NCBI GenBank assembly: GCA_000934665.2
Contig: KZ538982.1
Span: 1 to 37,575 of the forward strand
Length of the DNA: 37,575 bases
Direction of reading: 5' to 3'
Origin: Catajapyx aquilonaris
Taxonomy: Eukaryota
Part shown: piece by piece, positions 1 through 11,700 of the stretch
Layout: each line of letters starts with the position of its first letter
Numbering within the stretch: the stretch's first letter is position 1
The notes under the pieces: generated by a model
Database searches by the model: none
What the model was told of the DNA's origin: nothing
The model's input: only the letters and a program-made list of their open reading frames with translations
Position numbers and translations under genes: made by a program

Positions 1-162
1 TCTCGGGTTTGCGTCTACATTTAATTTGGCGATCTCCAAAACGGCTGGGAATTTTGCGATTATGAGGATTTTTGAAAATAGGTTAGCGGGTGCAAGGTAG
101 GTCTGTCCGACCTCGGGAAGTGGGAGATCTTTTCCATCCTCCTATATCCTCGGCGTGGGGCT

Positions 163-642
163 TTATATATATTAGATGAAAGGCGTTCAAAACTTTAAAA
201 TAACTAGGTCACTATCACACTTGCAATGTTTCTCATTGTTTTGTTGTAAAAAAAAATCTAAGTTATGGACATTTGGCTACTCTTAAATTCAAGGATTCAA
301 TTTTCACAATCGATTCAATCACTTCTTTGGTTACATCTGGTAGACGGAGATCAGGAAATCGAGGCTTTCTGTACATTTGGCCTATTCCCGATCCTTTGGC
401 TGGGAAATGGGGACATTTTCCGTACTCGCCAACATGAACTTCGACTTAGACTGAAAATGCATTGATATCCCATCATAAGGCCCTGCCTGCACTTCGAGTT
501 ATGGAGAACTTCGAGTTGTAGAAATTCGAGTTAGGGAAGTTTATTTCCTATTATTTTACATTGTGACCAACCAAGCTCATCATTTTCTTCGACTTATAGA
601 GAACTTCGACTTAGGGAAGTTCGACTTATGGAAGTGTTACTG
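163..642. mobile_element. CAGT-ended MITE (pogo/Tigger-like), copy 1, left end not seen
   Basis: Collinear with 4021-4488. Ends ...ttcgacttatggaagtgttactg|TA, with tandem subterminal TTCGA(C/G)TTA repeats. Confidence 0.8.
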
Positions 643-644
643 TA

Positions 645-970
645 TATAATAATAATAATAAATAAATAATAATACTCAATGCATAATAATAATTCATACC
701 CCGTTATCAGCCATCGGCTCTTTAGGGGGGAAGTTTGTTTTGCCTGGAACTCTTTGCTTTCATTTTACTGTGCTCTTTGGGATAGGATAGGGACGGAAGG
801 AAGCGGCTGTGGCCTATTAATTACGGAAGCAACTCCGGAATTTTCCTGGAAGGACCGTGGGAAACCACAGAAAACCACGATCAGAGTTGCCGCGCCGGCC
901 CCGGGATTTGATCCCAGGACCTCCCGATTAGCAGTCGGACACCATATCCCCTTTTCCAAACTGCTTCGGT
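645..970 (-). mobile_element. tRNA-derived SINE with (TTA)n tail
   Basis: Minus strand: B-box-like GGATCAAATCCC (903-914), SINE-type body (gtggttttctgtggtttccc...aggccacagccgcttccttcc), 3' ATT microsatellite at 645-692. Confidence 0.75.
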
Positions 971-985
971 GTGTGTTACTGTATA

Positions 986-1567
986 CAGGGTGGTCGGTAA
1001 ATGGCGGACAAGCTTCAGGTAGCGAGATTTCTTGTGAAAAACCAGTGTATGGAAGTGAAGGTCATATTGCTCTACGAGGCCTGGTTAGGGCTCACGAGGC
1101 CTCCAAAGTTTCGGCCAAATCATGACGTCACATCCGCCCGCGAAATTCAAACACTACCGTATCGCTACTGTCTGTGATTTCGTTGCCAGGGATTGCCATG
1201 TTGACATCCCCCACATTTCCACCCTACAATGGAACCGTATAAGCTGGCCGGGACGTTGCCAGGCATTGCCATACCTTCGTCGCCGCGTGCCTGGCAACGT
1301 CCATATGAGTTTATACGGTTCCATTGTAGGGTGGAAATGTGGGGGATATCAACATGGCAATCCCTGGCAACGAAATCACAGACAGTAGCGATACGGTAGT
1401 GTTTGAATTTCGCGGGCGGATGTGATGTCATGATTTGGCCGAAACTTTGGAGGCCTCGTGAGCCCTAACCAGGCCTCGTAGAGCAATATGACCTTCACTT
1501 CCATGTACTGGTTTTTCACAATGAATCTCGCTACCTGAAGCTTGTCCGCCATTTACCGACCACCCTG
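986..1567. mobile_element. Foldback MITE (Tc1/mariner-type, CAGGGTG ends), 582-bp near-perfect palindrome
   Basis: TA|cagggtggtcggtaaatggcggac ... gtccgccatttaccgaccaccctg|TA; arms ~280 bp, loop 1266-1287. Confidence 0.93.
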
Positions 1568-1591
1568 TATACACATATACACACACCTATA

Positions 1592-2120
1592 CAGGGTGTT
1601 TATTGTAACTCTGCAAAGACTTTCAGGGGTAATAGAGGGGACCAAGACAAGAATTTTTGACATAGGAACCTGTGTCCAGAAACGCCATCTAGGTTCATAG
1701 ACAAGGAACCGGTGCGCTCAGACGCGTCAGGCGAGAGGCGCTAGGAGAGCGGACTGTTTTGTTGATAGATGGCGAGCAGTTGTTGCCAGGTTATGGCGTA
1801 TTGGATCTCTGTAAGTAAACAACAACGCGATACGCCATAACCTGGCAACAACAGAACCGCTGTTGACTATCTGCGCGTCTCTTAGGAGGCGGAATTTACT
1901 TGCTAGATGGCTCTGCTGTTGCCACGTTATGGCACACCGCATCGTTGGTTACTATCCGAGCTTCATCTATCAACAAATCAGTCCGCTCGCGTGACGCGTC
2001 TGAGCGCACCCGTTCGTCGTCTATGAACCCCCTCTAGATGGCGTTCCTATGTCGAAAATAGTTGTCTTGGTCCCCTCTATTACCCCTGAAAGTCTTTGCA
2101 GAGTTACAATAAACACCCTG
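1592..2120. mobile_element. Second CAGGGTG-ended MITE with long TIRs and internal hairpin
   Basis: TA|cagggtgtttattgtaactctgcaaagactttcagggg ... cccctgaaagtctttgcagagttacaataaacaccctg|TA; inner inverted repeat 1779-1852. Confidence 0.92.
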
Positions 2121-2602
2121 TATATACCCACACACACACCGTGATAGGGCAGAGCCCTTTTAGGGGGGAAGGGAAGGTTCCCAAGGGAGGGCGCTGGACG
2201 GTAGTAATTTCTGACATTCTTTAAACACCAGGTCTTTTCTCCTGGCCCTGAGCAGAGTAGGGAGTGCAATTTGCCCCGGCATGTTGGGTAAAAAGCGGAA
2301 AGTGATACGTATAGTACAATAGCTATATCTATTATTTGTAAAATATCTTGTCCTTATCTTCAGAGTACGTGTAAGAAAGAACTGGGTGATGGTGGTATAG
2401 CTGGTAGCAAAGGGGTTTAGAAAAAGAACTGAAATAAGAGCAAAAACATTCTCTTCAGTGAAAAAGGGGCAGTAAGACCTCCCTGGCAGAATGAAAGTAC
2501 TGAAACAGGGCAGGTGCACATAAGAGAAGGTCTTACATGCGCCGAGGGGAATGTTTTTACTCATATTAATTCATTAATTGGGTTTGTGACTCCTATTCAC
2601 AG

Positions 2603-2726
2603 GTGGTACTCCTACATGGGCAATAACTCATTTGCTCCATTTCTAATCACCTACAACATCTCAGACCATCAAGATAAATTCAGACCACTGGATACAACCA
2701 TGATTCCCTGCAATTCACCTCCAGGT
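2603..2726 (+). CDS. NPC1: NPC1 exon (end of N-terminal domain)
   Basis: cag|G TGG..., [17 protein letters not shown]...MIPCNSPPG|gtgagt. Confidence 0.85.
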
Positions 2727-5700
2727 GTGAGTATTTTAGGTTAACAGTTGAGGTGCCATTAATAAGTCTTAGAAGCATGTGCTTAAAAATACCCGAAACT
2801 ATGAATGAAGGTATTCTCCAGTGATAATCAAATATGCATAAAGGAGGTAAAAATTCCAGTGCAGAGGAATATACCACATGATTCATAATTTAGCTCATGT
2901 CTGTTGGTAAAATTCTTGCTTGCATCTCCGCACTCTTCATTTCGGTAAAAAGTTACACACGTTGTTGGAAAGGGCATTTAGTGGGCTTTTCTCTTGTGTG
3001 CATAATCTCACTTACAACTAACATATGAAGTCACAGGTTAGTAGAAATTAGTGTCTGCAAGATTTTTACTCACAAAACACAGAGTACTCTTGAGAGCTGT
3101 GTGAGGCAATGTCCTCAATAAGCTCTGTAACATCTACGAGATATTGTAGATATCAACTCATTGGTTTTCAATATATAATTTTGGTTAGCAATCTCATTTC
3201 TTATGGTTCATTACGACTGTTTAATATGAGAGTGTTTGGTAAGAATCTTCCTTATTGTTCCAGTCTTATGTTTTCATTCTTTGACATAATTATGTGCTTC
3301 TGACTTTAACCCTATTAAGACGGGCGGTTTTTTGGTGATTCTGTGCAGTTCAGAAAACAAATCTGTTTTTCAAATATTTGTACCTGCACACAGTGGAGAA
3401 TGCTTCTGTGGAGCCAGGAAGTGTGTAAGCTACATTCCAGCAACACCTCTTCGTGCATAGTCCCCAACGACGCATGGCTTTTAAATGTTTAAAGCACACA
3501 AGAGGCGGCGCAAACGAGTTGCTTGCCCCTGACAATTTTTATTTTATATATTTTTTTGCTGATCATTTTCAGATCATGGCGCAGTTGACTTGTGCGTCTT
3601 GCCACATAGCAGCTAATTACCTACACATGATTAGTCACATGCGTAGGTTGAGAGCTACGTAGGAATAAAGAGCCCCTCACCCAGAGCCCACAATCTCGGC
3701 GTCCCTCCATTCAATCTAAGCCCAGTCCAAATTTCCCTTCAAGATGGCCGGGGTTGAGCTCTTGAGCCGGCGAAGCAAACTGCAGCAGGGCTCGCCCAAA
3801 TTCAGCACCATCCAATATTATTAATTTATTTTTAAAACCAATTAATAATATTGAGCACTAATTTTTGGGTGGAATCTCTTGAGGAGGTTTGGGGCAACTG
3901 CAGTAAACCTTCTATAAGTCGAATCTCCATGGGACCGGGGAGAAACTTCGAGTTATAGAAGATTCGAGTTAGAGAAGTTTGGATTTTTTAAAGCACAGAA
4001 CTTTATAAGGAAACCTACCTTTATATCTAGTGACAAAAGGTGTTCAAAACTTAAAAATAACTGTCACTATCACCCTTACAATGTTCCTCGTTGTTTTGGT
4101 GTTTAAAAAAAACTCCGTTATGGACATTTGCCTACTCCTAGATTCAAGGATTCAATTGTCGCAATCGAGTCAAAAACTTCTTTCGGTATGTCTGGTAGAC
4201 GGAGATCAGGATATTGAGCCTTTCTGTTATGTGGCCTACCCTTGACCCTTCGGCTGGGAAATGAGAAAATAATTTTTCGTACTCGCCAACATGAACTTCG
4301 ACTTAGGGAGACTGAAAATGCATTGATATCCCATGGTAAGGCCCTGCCTGCACTTCTAGTTATGGAGAACTTCGAGTTGTAGAAATTCGAGTTAGGGAAG
4401 TTTATTTCCTATTATTTTACGTTGTCACCAACCTACCTCATCATTTTCTTCGACTTATAGAGAACTTCGACTGAGGGAAGTTCGACTGTATGTATGCCAA
4501 AATTTGCCGCCCAATGTCATAATTGGGGGGGGGGGGNGGGGGGGGGTGTTTCAGCGGCCGCAAAAAGATGGTCATTCAAGTTAATCTGGATTATTTATGC
4601 AGGATTTTAGTCCAAAATTTGCGATTTTTTTTACATGAGAGAAAATTTAAAAAGCCACACAGAAACCACATTACATAGTGGGAAAACGCTATTAGCAGCA
4701 TTTTTAATGCCAACGTATCAGCATATGATATGCCCATCTTATTAGGGTTAAAAATACTAACTTCTTGATGTCATAAGTTTGTCATGATTGGCTTGTATTT
4801 GAGAGATTCACCATAAGTAGGATGACATTTTGGCGAGAGAAATTATCTGAGCAAGCACAAAGGCATGGTTTAAAGTAAGTTATTGACCAGCTTGTCATAA
4901 AACTGCAATGATTTTAATCTCCTATTTGGCCAACTGTTATATCAAGATTTTTTGGACAACATGGGGCAAAATGCTAGGAAAAAAACGTATATTTTGATTT
5001 TTTATGTCAACATTGACCAGATCTGACATAAAACCTTAAAATAATAGCCTACAGTGTCCATTCTGCAAAATGCAAGTGTATGTGCAAAATAAGACACCAT
5101 TATTTGGATTCAGTGAGCTGTGATTTGCTCTCCTACGTACACAAGTGCAAAATGTAATATAACCTATCTCTCTGACTTGTAGTGTTTATTCAATAATGAG
5201 ATCTTATTGTTGCTTTATTTCCAGCCACATCTTGAAGCCTGCAGTTGCACTGACTGCCCAGATTCCTGCCTTTCCCCACCCCCCCATCCCAATCCACACC
5301 CATTGACCATCCTAGGATATGATGGTCTGGCCGTCATCATGCTGATTGCTTTTCTTGTGTTCTCAATTGGATTTTTGGTCTACGTTTCAATTTCGTGGCT
5401 ATGTACAAGTAAGTATGGCAAGGCAATATGTAGTGTAGTTGACAAAGACTTGAAAAATAACTCTGCTGCCTTTTTCCTCTCCTGCACCACCCAGACTGCA
5501 TTTCTTCCTGAAACCCATATTTCCCTTCAGGTACACTTTCCTGCAACATACCGCAAATGAGGGCTTGCACTATCTTAATACTGCAGTGACTGATCTTTAT
5601 ACTAGGCCAATAAGTCAATAACTAGTCAAAAAGTACCTGCCCTGGCCATGGGAGGCCAGTAAGTGACGGCGGAGACAGGTGCTGCTGTGCTTGGCTGTGA

Positions 5701-8700
5701 GGTACATTCGCAGTTGCCAACCTGGCCAGGGGTGAACACGGTGTGCTACCTAGTAGCTGCAGTACACAGTCGGAACATGTCGTTCACAATATCAGGCACA
5801 TCCAAGGAGGACGACCGGGCAGGGATTCAGTTCCTGTGTGCGGAGTGAGCAGGACCGAAGGAGATTCATACACGCATGAGGGCTGTGTATGGAGACACTT
5901 TCATGGCGTACACGACAGTGAAGGACTGGGTCATTTCCGTAGTGGCTGACAATGTCCTTCACTGTCGTGTACGCCATGCAAGTGTCTCCATACACAGCCC
6001 TCATGCGCGTATGAATCTCCTTCGGTCCTGCTCCCTCCGCACACAGGAACTGAATCCCTGCCCGTTCGTCCTCCTTGGACGCACCTGATATCATGAACGA
6101 CATGTTCCGACTGTGTACCGCAGCTACTACGGAACTCACCATGTTCACCCCTGGCCAGGTTGGCGACTGCAAATGTACCTCACAGCGAAGCACAGCAGCA
6201 CCTGTCTCCACCATCATCTACCGGCCTCCTGCGGCCGGGGCGGGTACCTATTGACTAGACCTAATACACAAGTGGGTCAAAATAAATGTTCAGTTACATT
6301 ACAAAATAAGTAGCAATGTGTGTAGTGACAGTGTAGTGTTTAGCTCTTCAGCCTTCCATCTCTGAGGTCCCAAGTTAGACTCCCAGAATGGACAGACTTT
6401 TTTGGATGTAAAGAGCTTTAAGATGAATTCTTAGCATGTTTGCATGGGTATTATCAGGGTCCCTCACTTCTTCCTACAATACAATACAATCCATCAACAG
6501 AGCAGAAAATGCGAACTTTCTTGCCTTTAAGGTGGACCCTTCTGTTCTGTATGGGTTTTGTTTAAATACACAATATGATTGAGGAATAAGTCTGTAAGTT
6601 AAGTAGGTTAAGGAAATTGAGGGAAGTAGGGAATTATGTAACTATTTGGATAATTACAGTACTGAAAGACATGGAAATGGTCGTGTCTGGGTTGATTTTG
6701 ATGCACAGTTTTTCTCATGCGACTGTCTCCTGCAGGACATGTCAACGAATCCACTGAGAATCTTCTTGATGAAGGAGACCCAAGGTTCCTTCAGAAAGTA
6801 GGTGCTTGCCTGGAAGATACTCTTCAAAGGGGTTTTACCTGCTGGGGACGATGTGAGTCGTTATCTTCAACACACTTCAGACTAAACACTTATGTTTTTG
6901 ATTGTTTGCGGTAGTCTGTGCCGAGCATCCAATATCAGTCATCATTGCTGGACTACTAGTTAGTGGCATACTCTGCTGGGGAGTTCACTTCTTGGAAGTT
7001 ACCACTGATCCAGTGCAGCTGTGGGCAGCTCCAGAGAGTCGTTCCAGAGTTGAAAAGAAATACTTCGACTCAACATTTGAGCCATTTTACAGGACAGAAC
7101 AGATTATTATTAAATCTGTGGGACTTGAACCGGTAATTGCTTGTATAATGTCACATGAGAAGCTTGGCATGAGATACAAAAGGCCAGTCCTGAAAGTCAT
7201 GTTTATATAGTTGTAAAATTGAAATGAATTATTTCACTGTAATCAGAATATACACTCACCATTTCTAATCCTTATTTTAAAAAGTCACATTCCATGAAGT
7301 CATTGCCATCACTGCTACATGTGTGCCACCACAGAGGAATTAGAAAATTCTTATTTATAGAACTCTGAGCAGCTCATGAACAATGACTTATGGTATAGAC
7401 TCTATAGAGTGTCTTGTTACTCTTATGACCACCACTAAAACAAACCCTGCATTTATCATTTTGATATACAGCAACAACACCAACACGACATTTCCCTATA
7501 CTCCGACTGCCATAAGAGTGAACCTTTTGGGAAATCCTTCCGCGTTTTCATAGCAATGTCAACAGAGGAAGGTGGCCAGGCATGGAAATTCTTCGCAGCT
7601 TATAATCCTGTTTTTGGATTATTTTAAAATGGTTAACATCAGATTCGATAGCATGAAGTGGTAAATGGTCCATTCTAGCAGGGTACTTAAATTATAATGG
7701 TTCAAGGGCTCCAAATACGTCCCTACAGGCGCCAAATTCCACCAGGTAAAACACCCCGATCTGGCAACAAAAGCAGGTACAGATAAATCAAAACATTTTA
7801 CTCTACATCGTAGTCCCGAAACCGGCCATTTCTTTTGTACAGTTAAGGTTCACTCTTATAGTAGTCGGAGAAATATACGTGGTAGTCAGCGATGCAGGGA
7901 GATGCAAGTTAACCCCACATATGGAGTCTTCTGCGAGTAGTTGACCAGTGCTCCAGATATTTTTCTCTTTGGTCATTACGAGATGTTCGGGAGAACCGCA
8001 AGTTATTTTGATATACGGTACACATTAAATTGATGAGTGGTGACTTTTTGTGGGACAATTCGCTTCAAGGTTAAAATTATACTTTTATGACTTTTGGTCT
8101 CCCTTTTTTAACTCAAGCAAGTTGAATGTTAGAATTAATGTGCCTTAAGTATGGGCTTACTTGGAAAGTGGAAACAATAAGAAGAGCTTACATGAGAAAG
8201 TTATTTTCATGTTCCCTGGGAAATATATTAGTAAGTAACATGTCAGATTTTTAGAGGGGAGTCAATATACAGGGTGTGTCTGTACTCACTGTCAGTACAC
8301 AGACATATATGACTGTCTTCCTAGGCACCAGAGGATCAACTTATGTAGAGGAGTCATTACGTCTGGGCCACTTCATTACTGAGATAATTCCCATCAAACA
8401 TGTAATACAAAATATCCTGTCGGTTATGCCACCCGTCGAACCCTCCGCCAGTCAGAAGGAGCGATTAGGAAAAAAGCACATCGCCGTTATTTCGCTGATA
8501 GCATCATTGACATTGCGTTAGCCATTCATGTATAAGGATGGAATGCTATTTACAAGTCACTCTTTAGCCAAATCGCTAACTATCAGGTGGGTCAATTATC
8601 TCAGTAATGAGGCGGTCCAGACATAATGACTCCTCTACATAAGTTGAACCTCTGGTGCCTAGGAAGACAGCCTAGGTCTGTGTACTGAGTACTGATACAC

Positions 8701-11700
8701 CCTGTATTTACATTGGACATTTGCAGTTGAATTTTTTTTAGGGTATGGCTGTTTGTGATGGTTTTTAGGCAGAGTTTCCAATGGCAGCTTGGTCATAACT
8801 TGCATCTGTGCCATTTTCAGGAACATAAATATCTTGGTATTATGAGAAAGAAATTTAAGTGACTGCTACTTTTGCCAATTTTTGGTTCTTAACCTTTTCG
8901 TTCCGGAATTTTTGACAGAATGGGTCCTAGGCTGAGGTTCTTGGATTGTTTTCGCCTGAATTGCTCAAAAGTGTAGGCTACATTTGGACGCCCTGAGTAA
9001 TCCCATGATTGGTTCTTGAGGGGTCACTCTTCGAGTAAGTTTCCATCTCTGCCCCCACCTCGGATTAGCTGAACGAATCATTGACCTTGACTGCACAAGT
9101 ATGAAAAAGATATAAAAATTATCCTAGTGAACTGGAGAATTATTTTCCAATTCCAGTAAATGCTAATTGAAAATCGGAATAATTTTCTCTCTTATTCAAT
9201 ACCAAATTCGAATATTTCAAAGGCCCTATGGTTCATTTTCCAGGTTTTGTAACCCACTGATATTTTATAATTACCATTTATCATTTAAGAGTTTATTATT
9301 ATTATTTTGTTTCAAATCTTGATATTTTAGGCCCAATAAGTGGCCTTGACTTTTATAACTTTCGTAATAAGAAGAGGTGTCAGGCACACAGGGTGGCCAG
9401 GAGGCTATGAAAGGATTTGGAAAGAGAGCGGTCGAGCAGATAACTCATGGCCCCACCCACTGGTTAAGTGATCAGGGGTGGGATAATCCCTCATTTTGGT
9501 GAAGGAAAGAAAAAGCCACTATTTAGGCTCCTTGGAATGGGCTGCAGGAGAGTTTTGAAGCCAGAATATAGGCTTCCCGGAACGAAAAGGTAAAAGTGTG
9601 TACCCAAGCTCACAAGAACAAGAGTTTTAGAGTGAGACTTGTAGGCGTGAGTGAGAAGTAAGTAGACAAAAGGAATTTGACACTCGACTTGATCACTAGC
9701 TTGGGAACAAGCCTTTATAGCCTTTTGGCTCTGACTATGCCACAGGCAACATACTCTATGGCGTATTACTGGAGGATTGTCAGAAGGTTGTCTCATCAAC
9801 AATAATTTTTTTATCTGGCACATCTTGGTATGTACTCTTACTTGCTGGAGCTACCTATGCAACTGAAACATAGTGGTAAAAACAAAGGCACAAAATTGCA
9901 GTTTAAGTAATTCATAGCTGCATGCACTGTACTGGCTTTATGTACCTTTCATAGTTCACAACAAAGGAAACTGGTTCTGTCGTCTTTGGACCAGTGTTCA
10001 AAAAAGAATTTCTACGAGCAGTATTGGATTTGCAGAACAACATTACTGAAGTGGTGAGTTTTTACTTTGATTTGCATGCAGTTACAAAGTGACATGACAA
10101 TGAAGAAACTCACAAAAATGTAGTCTGTTAACTTCTTTCCAATTATCAGAAAATGTTCATTATTTGTAGTAAATGTTAGGAACTGCTTTTCTCATCTCTT
10201 CTGATGCTGGCCCCTGCTGTTGTGCAGAAGAAGAAAAAATAACTATGGTGTCATACATTTGTGATACCCATGCATGCCTGGGACATAGTCTCAAAGTGAA
10301 ACAATTTTTGGCCATGTGATATTGTCATTGGTGTGGACCAATAAAAGTTTTTAGAGCTTAAAAATGTGGTTAGGCAGATGAACCACAAGTAAAATTGATC
10401 CTTGTACTGTACAGTATACCTAGTTTGGCTGCCAGTAATGCTATTACAGCCATTATTATGCATCTTCGTCAAGACGTATGTACTGAATATGCCTACTTGT
10501 GATTGCAGGTGCAGGGTGAGAATGGTGAAAAGCTAGCAGATATATGCTTCAAACCTATGGCACCAGAATTTTCAATTTGCACCGTGGAAAGTGTTTGGGG
10601 ATACTTTCAAAATAATGTAACATATTTGACATATGATGATCCATCTGGACCCACATACCTGGATCACCTCACAACATGTGCGGCGTAAGTTGATTATTAA
10701 AAGAGGATAGCATGGGTGATATGAAATGTGTAGGAGAGAGCAAGGTGCATATTTAAAAGATGTAGCACATGTTGCTGCACTCCCATTGGACTTCCATGTA
10801 TCAGACTATCTGGCATATGTTCACCTTCACGAGTGTATATTCACCACATCCAATAATATTGAAAAGGAAGAAATGAAATGAAAATTCTGACAGGTTCTGA
10901 GCATTGTCTTCTGAAAAACATTGCAAATTCTCCACTACTCAGAGATGCTTAAAACTGAGTTTAACTTTTTTTTTCTTCTAATATTCATTGGAACAACTTC
11001 TATGAAACATTGTCATGGTACGAGGTGCTACCCAAAATTTCCGAGAATTTGTTCATAAAAACATTAATATTTACTTAAGTACTAATTGCCACTGCCACCT
11101 TCAAAGTAGTCACCTTGAGCACGTATACAACGATCCCAGCAAATTTCTCGTTTTTGGAAGCACCCCAAAAAATTGGCCAATCTTAGCATGTTCATCACTG
11201 CTGCGATTTTGCGTAGATCTCTTAGTGGGGTCAAAATGCCCCCTTTTCTACCCAAATTTCATTTTAGGGAAGAAGTAGAGATCACATGGGGCCAGGACAA
11301 GCGAATAGGCAGGGTGAGGAACAGTGGTCATGTTGTTTTTTGTCAGGAAGTCTCTGACTATCCGTGAGGTGTGTGCAGGCGGCATTGTCATGATGCAGCA
11401 ACCAGTCTCGGTTCTTCCACATCTCCGGCCATTTGAGCAAAAATCGTCTCAAACCATCACAGTAAGACTTGCCGTTGACAGTTTTACCAGGAGGGAGAAA
11501 CTCCATATGCACATTTCCTAAAATGTCAAAGAAAATGATCAGCATTGAGTTGATTTTGCTGCGAACTTGGCGCGCCACCTTTGAAGTTGTTGAACCACTC
11601 ATATGTTATTGCTTGTCGTACAGCTTGCTCATCAAAAGCCTTGTTCAGCATTCGGTGGGTTGCAGCCGAAGTTTTGTTGAGCTGGGAGCAAAATTTAATA

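Noticed and set aside
430..642. Spaced TTCGA(C/G)TTA repeats resembling a CRISPR array or iterons
   Set aside because: Short, irregularly spaced subterminal repeats of a MITE in a spliceosomal-intron context; no cas genes.
1122..1431. Twin 88-aa ORFs on opposite strands with near-identical sequence
   Set aside because: A by-product of the 582-bp palindrome; no recognisable protein motif or splice context.
265..4245. Similar ORFs at 265-465 and 4030-4245 suggesting a duplicated small gene
   Set aside because: Both lie in two copies of one MITE, and indels break the frame between copies.
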